Part shown: one piece after another, positions 53,120 through 64,000 of the stretch
Position numbering within the stretch: position 1 is the stretch's first letter
Layout of the letters: each line of letters opens with the position of its first letter
Origin: Eledone cirrhosa
Lineage: Eukaryota
NCBI GenBank assembly: GCA_964016885.1
Contig: OZ024742.1
Location: forward strand, 309,194,001-309,258,000
Reading direction: 5' to 3'
Length of the DNA stretch: 64,000 bases
Program-made: the position numbers and the translations under genes
The notes under the pieces: model-generated
What the model was told of the DNA's origin: nothing
The model's input: only the letters and a program-made list of their open reading frames with translations
The model's database searches: none

Positions 53120-55865
53120 TATCATCATCATCAACGTCCGTGTTCCACGCTTGCATGGGTTTGGACGGGGTATTTCACCACTTGAGGCAAGAGTGATTGT
53201 CTTGCTTGCATAGAACTGTCTGGCGGGTTTTCTACAGCTGGATGCCCTTCCTAACACCAACCACATTTACAGTGTGGGGCTGGGAGGTTTTTACCGTGTT
53301 GCCTACACGGCCACATTACAGCGTGGACTGTGTGTTTTTTTGTCGTGACACCTACACGATCTCATTTGTTTCGGCCTGGATGTTGTGGCACCAACATAAC
53401 TTTACATTGAAAGGGGCGGGGTGGATAGGGCGGGGGTGGTGGGACGGGGGTGTATTTTGTTAGAGATGCCTACTGACTGTAGTGGGTTTTACTTTGTATT
53501 TAGGTAAGGCGGGTCTTCTCTATTACTGAGTACCGCCAAAGGTCTCGGTCCAGTGACATTGTCTTGGAGAGGTGTAAGTGTGTGAGGTCGGAATTTATCC
53601 GTGGCTACCGTCTATCTTTATTGCCCTGCACTTTGTTATACAGCTATCGTCTTTCATGCGCATCACGTGACCATACCAACGTAGTCTTCTCTCGAGTAAA
53701 CAACAGCTGATCCCTCTTATTTTTAATTTTTTCCTTAGTTCGTTTATGCTTTGCCGTTCACGTATATTACTATTACACATCCAGCGGAGCATGCAAGCTT
53801 CGTTCCTCTCTAGTCTGCGTATATCCTCTGCACACAATGCCCAGGTCTCACTGCCATGCAACATTGCTGTTCGTATGCAGGCATCATACAACCTGCCTTT
53901 CATTTTTAGGGAGAACCCTTTAGCGGCTAATAGTGGTATAAGCTCTCTGAACTTTTTCCATCCAGTTCTGACTCTAGCTACTGTACTTTCAGAGCACCCT
54001 CCCCCGCTGCTGATTTTGTCACCCAGGTAACGGAAGCTGTCCACTATTTCTATAGAACCCTCTGCGCAGTTGAAAGAGCTAGTATTTTGTGGGCACTTGC
54101 TGCTACTTATTGCACCAGAGCACCGGCCACATGTAAAATCTATGTTCTTAGTTAGCTTACCTGTGATCCCACTACATCTTTTATGCACCCATACTTTGCA
54201 TTTGGGACACAAAATGGAGTTTCTACCTACGCCTTTCCTACACACTGAGCATGGCCACTTCCCGGAAGGGACCGCCGCCTTATTTTCTTTCCTACAAACT
54301 AGAACTTTGGTCTTAGCCAGGTTAATTTTAAGGCCTTTTGATTCTAGGCCATGCTTCCATGTTTGGAATTTCTTCTCTAGCTCGGCCATTGATTCAGCTA
54401 TGAGTGTTAGGTCATCTGCATATAGGAGTTCCCATGGGCAGCCGGTCTTGAACTCCTCTGTTATAGCCTGAAGGGCAATAATAAATAGTAGGGGGCTGAG
54501 AACAGAGCCCTGATGGACGCCGACTTTTACGCTAAACTCTTCACTATATTCGTTGTTAATTCTAACCTTGCTGACTGTTTCTTTATACATGGCTTGTATA
54601 GCTCTCACAAGCCATTCGTCAACACCTAGTTTTCTAAGAGCCCACCAGATAATGGAACGGGGGACTCTGTCGAAGGCTTTCTCCAAGTCAACAAAAGCTA
54701 AGTATAGGGGTTTACTTTTAGCTAGGTACTGCTCCTGTAGTTGTCGTACAATGAAAAGAGCGTCTGTGGTACTTTTGCCTGACACAAACCCGAACTGCAT
54801 TTCATCTAGATCAATTCGCTCTCTGATTAGTTGTGCTATTACTTTTTCTGTGACCTTCATGACCTGGTCGATTAATTTAATGCCTCTATAGTTACTCCTA
54901 TATAGGGCATCTCCTTTACCCTTGTAACAGTTAATGATGATGCTGCTACGCCAGTCCTTCGGAACAACCCCATTCTGTATGACTTGGTTAACTATCCGGG
55001 TGACCATGGTGTGTCCCACCATACTAGATGCCTTGAGCATCTCAGCAACTATTTCCGAAGGCCCAGCCGCCTTACCCGTCTTCATATCCTTGATTGCCTT
55101 ACTTATTATACTACCCTCGACTAACACTGCTGGTCCCTCTATTGGGTCGATGTGGGGGAGACTGTCTTTCTCCCATTTATTCTCCTCACTTAGTAGCCTT
55201 TCATAGTGACACTTCCAAGCTACCTTCTTATCAGCGTCGGTGATGGCAAGTACGCCGTCATCATTAAGTACACACTTCTCCCCGACAATATCACGGTTTT
55301 CCTTGACACATTGCCTAGCAATCCTGAACACCTCACATTTTTGGTCCTCGCGTTGTAGAACATGCTTGAACTTTCTTTCCTCTGCTTCCCTTCTTGCGAA
55401 GTACACTTGTCTCCTAGCTACCCTCCTGGTCACTTGATAGTCTTCTCTACTTCCCCCATCCTGCCATACCTTCCAAGCCTGCTTTTTGACCTTAATTGAC
55501 CCCTCCACCTTACTTTTCCACCACCATGTTACTCTCCTCCTGCCTACAGGCCTGCTCCAGCCACAGACTTCGTCTGCCGCCATCAGCAGGTTTGCTTTCA
55601 GGAATTCCCACTGCTCCTCTATATTGTACGACTCTAATTGCTCTTCCTTACTGTCGAAAGCATCAAGTAGTATGCTTTTAAATTTATTTCTGGCTGTGGG
55701 GTCCTTTAGCTTCCATATTTTTCTCCTGAGGATAGTCCTCTTCTGTTGTCTAGTACGTCTCGTCCTGACTATTAGGTCGCTAATTATCAGTCTATGTTGG
55801 GAGGTACATTCTTCATGGGGGAGAGATTTAGTGTTTACAACAGACACTCTGTCACGTCTTCTGGA
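53120..55865 (-). mobile_element. Young RTE-clade LINE, 5'-truncated within the APE domain
   Basis: Long intact ORF plus 3'UTR and (GAT)n tail. Both junctions lie in (AT)n. Confidence 0.95.
53595..55847 (-). CDS. RTE ORF: end of APE endonuclease, reverse transcriptase, embedded PHD-like Cys/His finger
   Basis: SQHRL (end of APE), YKGKGD..NYRGIKL, QFGF, FVDLEKAFD, GVHQGSVLSP, LLYADD, FRYLG, and CSVC..SILCPKCKVWVHKRC..FTCGRC. The frame stays open up to the truncation point, so the listed start is not a true initiator. Confidence 0.93.
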   Translation of the reverse strand: MSVVNTKSLPHEECTSQHRLIISDLIVRTRRTRQQKRTILRRKIWKLKDPTARNKFKSILLDAFDSKEEQLESYNIEEQWEFLKANLLMAADEVCGWSRPVGRRRVTWWWKSKVEGSIKVKKQAWKVWQDGGSREDYQVTRRVARRQVYFARREAEERKFKHVLQREDQKCEVFRIARQCVKENRDIVGEKCVLNDDGVLAITDADKKVAWKCHYERLLSEENKWEKDSLPHIDPIEGPAVLVEGSIISKAIKDMKTGKAAGPSEIVAEMLKASSMVGHTMVTRIVNQVIQNGVVPKDWRSSIIINCYKGKGDALYRSNYRGIKLIDQVMKVTEKVIAQLIRERIDLDEMQFGFVSGKSTTDALFIVRQLQEQYLAKSKPLYLAFVDLEKAFDRVPRSIIWWALRKLGVDEWLVRAIQAMYKETVSKVRINNEYSEEFSVKVGVHQGSVLSPLLFIIALQAITEEFKTGCPWELLYADDLTLIAESMAELEKKFQTWKHGLESKGLKINLAKTKVLVCRKENKAAVPSGKWPCSVCRKGVGRNSILCPKCKVWVHKRCSGITGKLTKNIDFTCGRCSGAISSSKCPQNTSSFNCAEGSIEIVDSFRYLGDKISSGGGCSESTVARVRTGWKKFRELIPLLAAKGFSLKMKGRLYDACIRTAMLHGSETWALCAEDIRRLERNEACMLRWMCNSNIRERQSINELRKKLKIRGISCCLLERRLRWYGHVMRMKDDSCITKCRAIKIDGSHG

Positions 55866-56304
55866 TATATATATATTGATAAATATTTAGAAAAAACTAA
55901 GACAAAAATATATATTGGTTCACATTTGTTTCAATGCATTTAGAAAGTGTGACAAACCATTTACAAATATTATGTTAAATAAAATAAAGTGAAAAATAGT
56001 TGTTGAATACATCAAGTCATGGATGGATTATATTAAGTTTTAGAAATAATTCAGAGACACTTACACATGAAAAACTTACACATTTATGATATATCTATTG
56101 ATAGTAACTATAATATAATAATATTTACAATTAAAAAAATATTTAAGGAAAACAAAAAAAAAAGGAAAGGGAAAGAAGACAAAGGAAAAAGAAAATTAAG
56201 CAATGAAGAAAAGGAAGAGAAAGACTACACTCCAGTTAGAGTCGTAATTCATCCGTGCCACACAGACAGAATGGTGACTTACAAGTTCCATTTATCAGAT
56301 TCAT

Positions 56305-56540
56305 TGTAATATGTAAAGACTCCCTTCGGTCACGAATGTCCATGGGATTTGCACCTAAAAAGTTTCCCTTTTGAGACAAGTCTGGGCAAAGGTGTTTGTG
56401 GAAGACCAGCAGTCGCCCATGCATACTAGTCTCCCCTCTCCATGCCACCAATATTGTCCAAGAGAAAGGCAAAGGTCAATACAGTATGGCACCAGTGATG
56501 TCGCAACTCATTTCTACAGCTCAGTAAACTGGAGTAACAC
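56305..56540 (-). mobile_element. SINE body (head truncated)
   Basis: Shares gcaactcatttctacagct.agtaaactggag with the 46075-46385 family but has a different tail. Confidence 0.6.
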
Positions 56541-56977
56541 AACTGTAATACAGCTTAGAGTTATTTTAAAAAAAACTTCACATCACCCTCCTCTCTCACC
56601 AAACAAAGTACCAAGTACTGTACTAATGAATGGATGTGAATCACAGACCACAAAGATAACAAAAGAACCACATTTGGTCAGTTTTACTTTACAATGGTGA
56701 CCATTAAATGGCGAACATTACAGAGTATCGTACAAAAATACATCAAGGTGAAACAAGACTGAAAATTAGTAGCATCTCTTTAACTTTGTCTTTCATTCTT
56801 CTAGCAGTGATAAAATACCAGTCAAGTACTTGGGTTGATTTTATTAACTATAATTTCTTCTTAAAGAAATCCTCATTATCATTGTTGGTCATCCTAGTGG
56901 GTATGATATATTCCACTCCAAGCTTCAGATCTAGCTAACCTACTTGGTCACCCCAGGGGTATTATTACATTCCACAC

Positions 56978-57185
56978 CTATGGATTGGCAGAAGTGATAG
57001 AGCATCAGACAACATGCTTCATAGCATAGAGTTACGGCCCTTTACGCTGTGTTCAAATCCTGCCAAAGTTAGCTTTGCCTTTCACCCTTACGAGGTCAAT
57101 GAAATAAAGTACCAGTATTCACTGGGGTCGATTTACTTGACCCCCCCCCCCCCAATTGCTGGCCTTGTGTCTATAGTAGAAATCA
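56978..57185 (+). mobile_element. Deu/Nin-like SINE, long subfamily
   Basis: Family match. Confidence 0.75.
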
Positions 57186-58311
57186 TCATTACATTCCACA
57201 CCTAACATTCATATCCAGCTAACCTCCTTGGTCATCCCAATGGATATGATAAATTCCACACTTCGCTTCAGATCTAGATAGCCTCCTTGGTCATCCTAAT
57301 AGGTATGATAAATTTCCAGACTTACAATCCAACATGAAACTTTTAATGTGCAGCATCTACATCTACAAACAAAAAAAATACAAACAAAAAAAAAACCCTG
57401 AAAAACTAAAATAAACATAAGTACTTTCTTTTAAAACAAGTTAACAGCTCTAACTGCGTAAATAGTAAAAAGGAAAAAAAAAAAATGTAACGTTTGACCA
57501 AGGCGTGAAGTAAGTGAGATTATGAGAGGAGATCAATTTTTAGCGTCATTAATGAATTTCTAAGTCAGATCAATATGTGATCTCACACAATACATTAACA
57601 ATGCATATTAATCAATATAACATTTCTCTTCTCACCTTACTCTCTCTATGTCTAGCCTCTCAAAGTGCACTAACTGAGGCAATATATATGCACATGTGTG
57701 TGCATATATATATATATACATACATACATATATATATATGTACAAATATATATATATACATGCATTTTTTCCTTGATGACTTTTCATATACATACATAAA
57801 CATACACACATGAAATTTGAAAGTATAGCCTCTGCAATGCAGATTACTATAATAATAGTTGAAATAAATCAGGAAAAGTACTCCTGGAGATAAACAAAAG
57901 ACAGAGATGCCAGCAGGGAATTGAAACATACATCTCTCATTACTGGACAAGCATGTTTAATTATTACTAGGCCAATAGATCCTTGGCTGTCAAATACCCT
58001 TTATTGTTCTCTTTCTTTTTTATCCCCAGAAGATTTAAGCATAACAAGAAGTGAAAAACAAGACTACTAAAACAAGATATTGTTGGGTGATAGCTTTTCA
58101 GTGCTGCCCTTTGTCCTCTTCTTAAACTCCCTTTCATACTAGCTCAAAAAACATAGAGATGGATCCATTTCATGTTGCTCCAGTCCTCTCAGCTGAACAT
58201 GATACTATAAGACATACACTCACACATACATACATGATGGCTGTCAACTCAGCCGAATGTGACCATCACTGACAGGTTAACTTATACCAGATTGTTCCAA
58301 CCTTTTCTTTG

Positions 58312-59222
58312 TTGATCACCTGAAGTTGTAGGAGTCAAATATCAACTGCATTAAAAAGCAATTGGACTCATTAACCAATTTTCGACAGAAATTGGAATGA
58401 AATATAGCAAGTCCAAATGTACATTTCTAGTAATAAAATGTGGAAAAGTTGTGCCCTCATCTCAAAATGTTTAAATAAACAGCTTGACAATACACTTTCT
58501 ACAGTCAGGGGACAACTACAGATATCTTGGACATGATGAGCATGTCAGGTATGATTGACCTATGACCAAGGAGAGGACAAAGAATGAATACCTCAGGAAA
58601 GTAAAGAGTATGATCATCAAAACTCTCAGCCTACAACAAGCACATTGCTCACAATACCTTTGCTCTGCCCATCCTAACACCAACATTTGCCATTCTGAAC
58701 TGGTCACTGTAAGAACTGAATGAGATGGATATAAGAACTCATGAGCTGCTCAAAGTTACTAAAAATTTTAGCATCAATGAGAATATTTCCGATGCAAGGA
58801 GTGATTGGGGCCTAAAACCCATATCAACTTCGTACAAGACCCAGATAGTAACACTGAAGCAATATCTTCAACAGAAGAAACAAGTCAGCAACCATCTTAC
58901 CCAGGTTTAAGGGCATGAATATAACATTGTTAGGATAGTCATTGAACTAGAGGAGAGACATGAAGAAAAAACTGACACAGATCTCTCTCTGAAAACATTG
59001 GAAAATTTTACTCAATGCTTGAGTAAAATTGAAAAAAAAAAAATTGGCCAGTTTACTGAGAAAGTTGTGCATATGTACTTGACAAAAAAACACAGACCAT
59101 AGAGGGGATAAACGATGCTAAAAACCAGACATGGAGTTTCAACAAGTTCATAACAAGAACCTACTGCACAAAAGAGGAAAGTCATCAGTTGACAGTAAAT
59201 GTAGGCTGTGCAAAACAAAGTG
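58312..59222 (+). pseudogene. R4/Dong-like (RLE-type) non-LTR retrotransposon relic
   Basis: Across frameshifts: DHLKL..FSTEIGMKYSKSKC, NYRYLGHDE, KNEYLRKVK, SKLSAYNKHIAHNTFALPILTPTF..W..ELNEMDIRT, DWGL (GGRGL-like), and DSKCRLCK (start of CCHC knuckle). Confidence 0.75.
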
Positions 59223-59829
59223 AGTTATATATGCCATCAAATATGGTAATTTTAACTGACTAAAATTGTAGGGTTATCACCCATACTAAAATTAGTCATT
59301 TGTATAATGGGTGCAATTCTAATTATATAAAATTACTTGTTCCACTACATAAAGTATGTTAGCAGCTACTGTATTATTGAATTTTATGTGTTCTGGCCAT
59401 GGACATCACAGCAGCATTAACAGTATAGAAATCCCGAACCCTTTAGCTGGTAATCCAATACCATATTGATTGAGAAATGTGTAGCTCTGTCTATAACTAA
59501 AACAGTAATAGAATCTTCATCAAAACCATTTCAACAGACAATGATCAATTGAGAATGAATAAATAGTCTAACAGGTGTTATGTAATTATGTACAACTTTA
59601 CATGGTCAATCAATGAAATCATCCCTCATAATCAGCAACAATCCTCCTATAATACTAATGAGCATTTCTGACAGAAATAGCAAGAAGTTTAACTAGTTTC
59701 CTATATGATTGCTTTAGTAAACTATCTTTATTTAATAAAAGAACAGGATGAAAAAAAAATTATAGGCCTAATTATATACATCCTGACAATTTTCTTATAC
59801 AGAATTACATCATAGTATAACAAACAATG

Positions 59830-59995
59830 GTAGTGGCGAATTGGCAGAGTTATTAGAACGTCAGATAGAATGCTTTATAGTATTCGTTCTGGCTCTTTAC
59901 TCTCTAAGTTCAAATCCTGCTGAGGTCAACTTTGCTTTTAATCCATTCGGGGTTGATAAAAAAAAAGTACCAGTCAAGTACTAGGGTCAATTGAT
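59830..59995 (+). mobile_element. Deu/Nin-like SINE, diverged
   Basis: Family match. Confidence 0.7.
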
Positions 59996-60479
59996 CCTTC
60001 CTCTATATCTCTTTCTCACTTCCATTCTTTCACGCTATAACTTTCTCTGGATGAAGTATGTTGTATTCATTACAAAATGCCCTAGGAATACCTTACATCA
60101 ATACAGTGCCCCTATGACTCCTTCAGGAGTTACAAGACCATGCATGCAGCCTAGTTGTTAGGGTATTCGACTTACAATGGTGAATTCAGGAGTTCAATTC
60201 ATGGGCCAGATGGCATGTTATGTTCTTGAGCAAAATACTTCATTTCATGTTGCTCCAGTCCTTTCAGCTGAACATGAGTACCACATACACACACACACAT
60301 ACATGATGGCTGTTAACTCATTAGACAAACGTGACCATCACTGACAGGTTGACTTATTCCAGATTGTTCCTATGAACATGAGACCAACAGTGACTTTTGA
60401 AACCAACAAGAGACTTACATAGTTTGCTGCAAACTACAAACTAAATCGGTGTTTCTGGACTGATGATAAAAATAAACAA

Positions 60480-61400
60480 TCTTTTAGTGGGTTGTCTATG
60501 TGACTCCTGCATTTGACAGGCACATTCAGCCACACTCATGGCAAACAAACTGAGAACAGCTGGGTTTACTACTTCTCCCTTGTGGGCAGCTCTTTTAGTC
60601 TTTGCCCAACGTCTTGCCTTTTTATGGAATGTGCAACATCCTTCATATAATTGTTTCCTCTACTTGTTTCTGTCACGAGCCTGTACTTCCCAGTTATGAA
60701 GGTCAAGATAAAACTGCAACAGCATGTCTTTGACAGAGTCCTTGAAACACTTCTTTGGTTTTTGCTAAAGCCTTTTTCCTTCAGCCAGTTCCCGTAAAGC
60801 ATCTACTTGGGGATACGACTATCATCCAACTGTATCAGATGTCCTGCCCAGCAAAGGCAGTGCTTGTGTATATGAGCTGGTTCCAGTACCTGTGTCTGGA
60901 ACATGCGAGATCAAGTGAATACCCAAGGTCAATATTAGGCAGCCCATATGGAAGCGCTCAAGTAGGTTTAAATGTTTCCTGTAAACCACCCAGGTCTCGC
61001 AAGAGTAGAGAAGGCTTGTATGAATATAGGCATTATAGACATCTATATTCATTTTCGTTTGCAGGCCTTTCTGAGACCACATGCGATCTTGAAAAACAGA
61101 AAAGGTATCAGTGGCCTTCTTAAGTCAGAGAGATATTTCAGCATTGAGGGAGCAGTGACGGTTTATTGTACTACCAAGATAGATAAAATTGTCAACAACC
61201 TTCAGCTTCTTCCCCCTCGATGTAGCTGGAAGGTTCCCCATAAGCTGTGCCTCATGCTGGTTGAAACATAACTGTTTTATCCAGACAATGTCAGGACGAA
61301 AGTATTTGCATAACTGAGACAACCAATCCATGAAATGTAGAATATCATCAGCAGTGTGCAACACCAGGTTGCAACATACCAAACCCTCTTTCAATATACA
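60480..61400 (-). pseudogene. RTE-BovB-like LINE fragment
   Basis: KLKVVDNFIYLGSTINRHCSLNAEIS, VYNAYIHTSLLYSCETWVVYRKHLNLLERFHMGCL and LYG motifs in ORFs 60569-61394. Confidence 0.85.
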
Positions 61401-62514
61401 TCAGTATGGGAAACTGCATACCATGCCCTGCAAAACTTGTTCTGTAACCCATCCCCTTGTGAATATGTCTCATGAATTATAGGGAAATTAAAAGAAAAAC
61501 TTTATATTTATACTTGTGTGAGTGTTTGTGTGTTTATATTTATATACTCATACATATAAATGTATACATGTGCACATATACACACACAAAGTGTAATGAA
61601 TCTTAGAATGCTGGTCTCTGTTTTCTATAGTTTGTCACCACTCCGTTCCTTCCTCAGTCATCACATAGATATTTCCTTCATTTCATGCCACCAAATAAAA
61701 CACACATTGCCTATTATTATTATAGGTGATGATTAAAAATGTGTATCAGCAAGTTATATTTCATGTATTTTTATTTCTTAGATGAATGTCAGAATTTGAC
61801 CCCAAAAGTTCATTCGACCCCTGGTGTTTATCAACCCCTAGGTATTTATTGATCCCTGAAGAGTTCCATCGGTGTCAATATAGACCAGCAGGGATCGATA
61901 TCAGCCAGATATTAGCCACTCTGGAGACTAATGCTGTAAAGGTTCTTCTGTTGGCCTGTAATGAAGAGTGCATTTTACTGACTGATAAGTAACTTTTATT
62001 AAATTAACTAGAAGGCTAGACAGGTATCTATATGATTAAAGTCTTTGTAGACACTCCTGTAAGTTTTACTAAATCACATTCTCGTTACTTCAGTTTAGCT
62101 TGCTATTTAGTTCTAAAAATAACTGACGAAAGATATTTTCAATTTCTATACATTATATAATATATTCAAATACAGAAAAATATACAAAAAAAAATAGTTA
62201 TATTAACTGTTAAGATCCTGTTAGGATTTAGCAGAAAAATCTCAAAAGTTTAATTCAAATGCATATAGTTGACAAATCGTGGGTACCTTCAGTGGAGTCT
62301 GTTGCAAGCATTCAGGCTGGGTTTCAGATTACCTCCCTTCCACCATGCCCTTTCCCTAAGAAGGCCCGTAGATACTGCCCTTTCTTCCTTGACTAAACAG
62401 TAAAAACAACTGTTCCTTTCTTACAAGTAAACCGTATGGTTAAAATGAAGAGTTACAGTTAGAGCAGGTGTTAGGTAGAGGATTAAAATCAGCAAGGTGA
62501 TGTTTGTTTAGACA

Positions 62515-62845
62515 ATCATCATTTCATTTTATGTCCACTTTTCTCTGCTTGCAAGGGTGGGATGGGAACTGATTCTGGCTGGATTTCTACAGCTGGATGC
62601 CCTTCCTAACACCAACCTCATTTACAGTGAGTGCTGGATGCTTTTTTTTCCGTGGCACCTCCACGACCACTTTTGCAGTGGAATGATATCAACCCAATTC
62701 CTATCATCTCATTTCTACAGCTGAGTAAACTGGAGCAATGTGAAATAAAGTGTCTTGCTCAAGGAAAACAACATCACTCGGTCTGAGAATTGAATTTACA
62801 ACCTTTCGATTGCAAGGCAAATGCTCTAACCACTAAGCCTTGTGC
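62515..62845 (-). mobile_element. tRNA-headed SINE with RTE-type tail, full length
   Basis: Minus strand head gcacaaggcttagtggttagagcatttgccttgcaatcgaaaggttgtaaattcaattctc. Same body and tail as 46075-46385. Confidence 0.82.
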
Positions 62846-64000
62846 AATCTGTATATTATATGTCCATCTCAACATTGTACCATCAGTTGAGTCATCAGAT
62901 ACTTTAACCCTACTACCAGAGAATCATCATCATCATTGTTTTACGGCAGTTAGAGACAGCACTTTTTGAAGCAATGTTTTACATACCAAACCATTTATTA
63001 GCTTCTTATAGCACACACAGAGAGATACAGTGTACCTATTCTAATTTGGATACTCATGATCTAACAGTAATTTATACCAACAGTTGAAGAGCAACAACTG
63101 GTAATATAGTCTGTCATGTACTTTAACCCTAGCAGGGCATTAGAATCAATCAATAATTTATACCAACAGATGAAGAGCAATAACTGGTAATATTACTACA
63201 GAAACATAACCTTTGGCCAAAACAAACTAGATTATAACAAGCTAGATAAATTAGCTGTCATCTTTAGACAGGAAATTATGATTAATAGCATTAAGTAAAT
63301 ATTCTACATATGTATTAAGTATACTTGTTTACCTTTTTATATGTATATTGTTTCTCTTTCCCTCTGATGGAAAATGGGAGCAGACACATGTAATCTCAGC
63401 TCTACGCAAAGAATAACAAATAAAATCTGGAGTCCAAAGAAATTAGTAATGGTCTGTATCAATAAAATTCATTCCCAAATTTAGATAAGAATACTGACAT
63501 TTTGAGCAAAGAAGCCCTTTGTCAAAAGGAACATATTTTAATGGTAGCACTGAGAATATAGGTTTAAAGAATGTGCAGGAAAGAAAAGGGACAAATAAGG
63601 GTGGTAATCATACATAAAACGTCAGTGGATTAAATAATGAAGTGAAATGTGGGAAGAAAGGCTAAAACAATCACAAACAGAGGGTGTCTAATGCAGTCAA
63701 ATTTGATAGCATTTGACTGCTACATTTAGCATATCAAGCAACAATGTAGAGGCTGCCTCTTTAGCTTCATGGCAAAAGCATCCTGCAAGTAAATTATAAT
63801 AGTGTATAATGTATATTTTAGTATACTGTATACATGTCCCAAACTTCAAGACACAAAAGGACCCTTACATCCTAGGGAAGAGACACGGTGGACCAAAAGT
63901 AAGATCAGGGCGCAAAGACGCAGTTTCCACCAGTTATACTACAATGCAGCTGATAAGCTACAATTTTTTGTTATCAAAATGAATACGCATATGATAGTAA

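Noticed and set aside
53746-55890. Plus-strand ORFs overlapping the RTE
   Set aside because: Antisense shadows of the RT ORF. The same applies to plus-strand ORFs over the Helitron and hAT fragments.
61782-62420. Possible exon (DECQNLTPK...) or piggyBac-derived remnant
   Set aside because: No frame gives a recognisable protein and no element ends could be defined.

Overview
AT-rich, repeat-saturated eukaryotic DNA with (CA)n, (TA)n and (GA)n microsatellites. The SINE/LINE repertoire points to an octopod cephalopod; this is an inference from recalled repeat families, not a database result. No host protein-coding gene can be confidently called, and the window looks like a very large intron or intergenic region. 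Mobile elements dominate: a young 5'-truncated RTE-clade LINE with a 750-aa RT ORF carrying an embedded PHD-like Cys/His finger, many RTE and RTE-BovB-like fragments, an R4/Dong-like LINE relic, a Helitron PIF1-helicase fragment, two arrays of head-to-tail non-autonomous Helitrons, a fully delimited Buster-type hAT element (TIRs plus 8-bp TSD) with an internal 40-bp minisatellite, hAT, pogo and piggyBac-type MITEs, and several tRNA-derived SINE families. The most striking unannotated structure is a ~430-bp non-coding inverted-repeat element at 45582-46009. It contains a type I hammerhead ribozyme motif, and its inverted arm begins almost exactly at the predicted self-cleavage site, as expected for a Penelope-like pLTR or retrozyme-type product.
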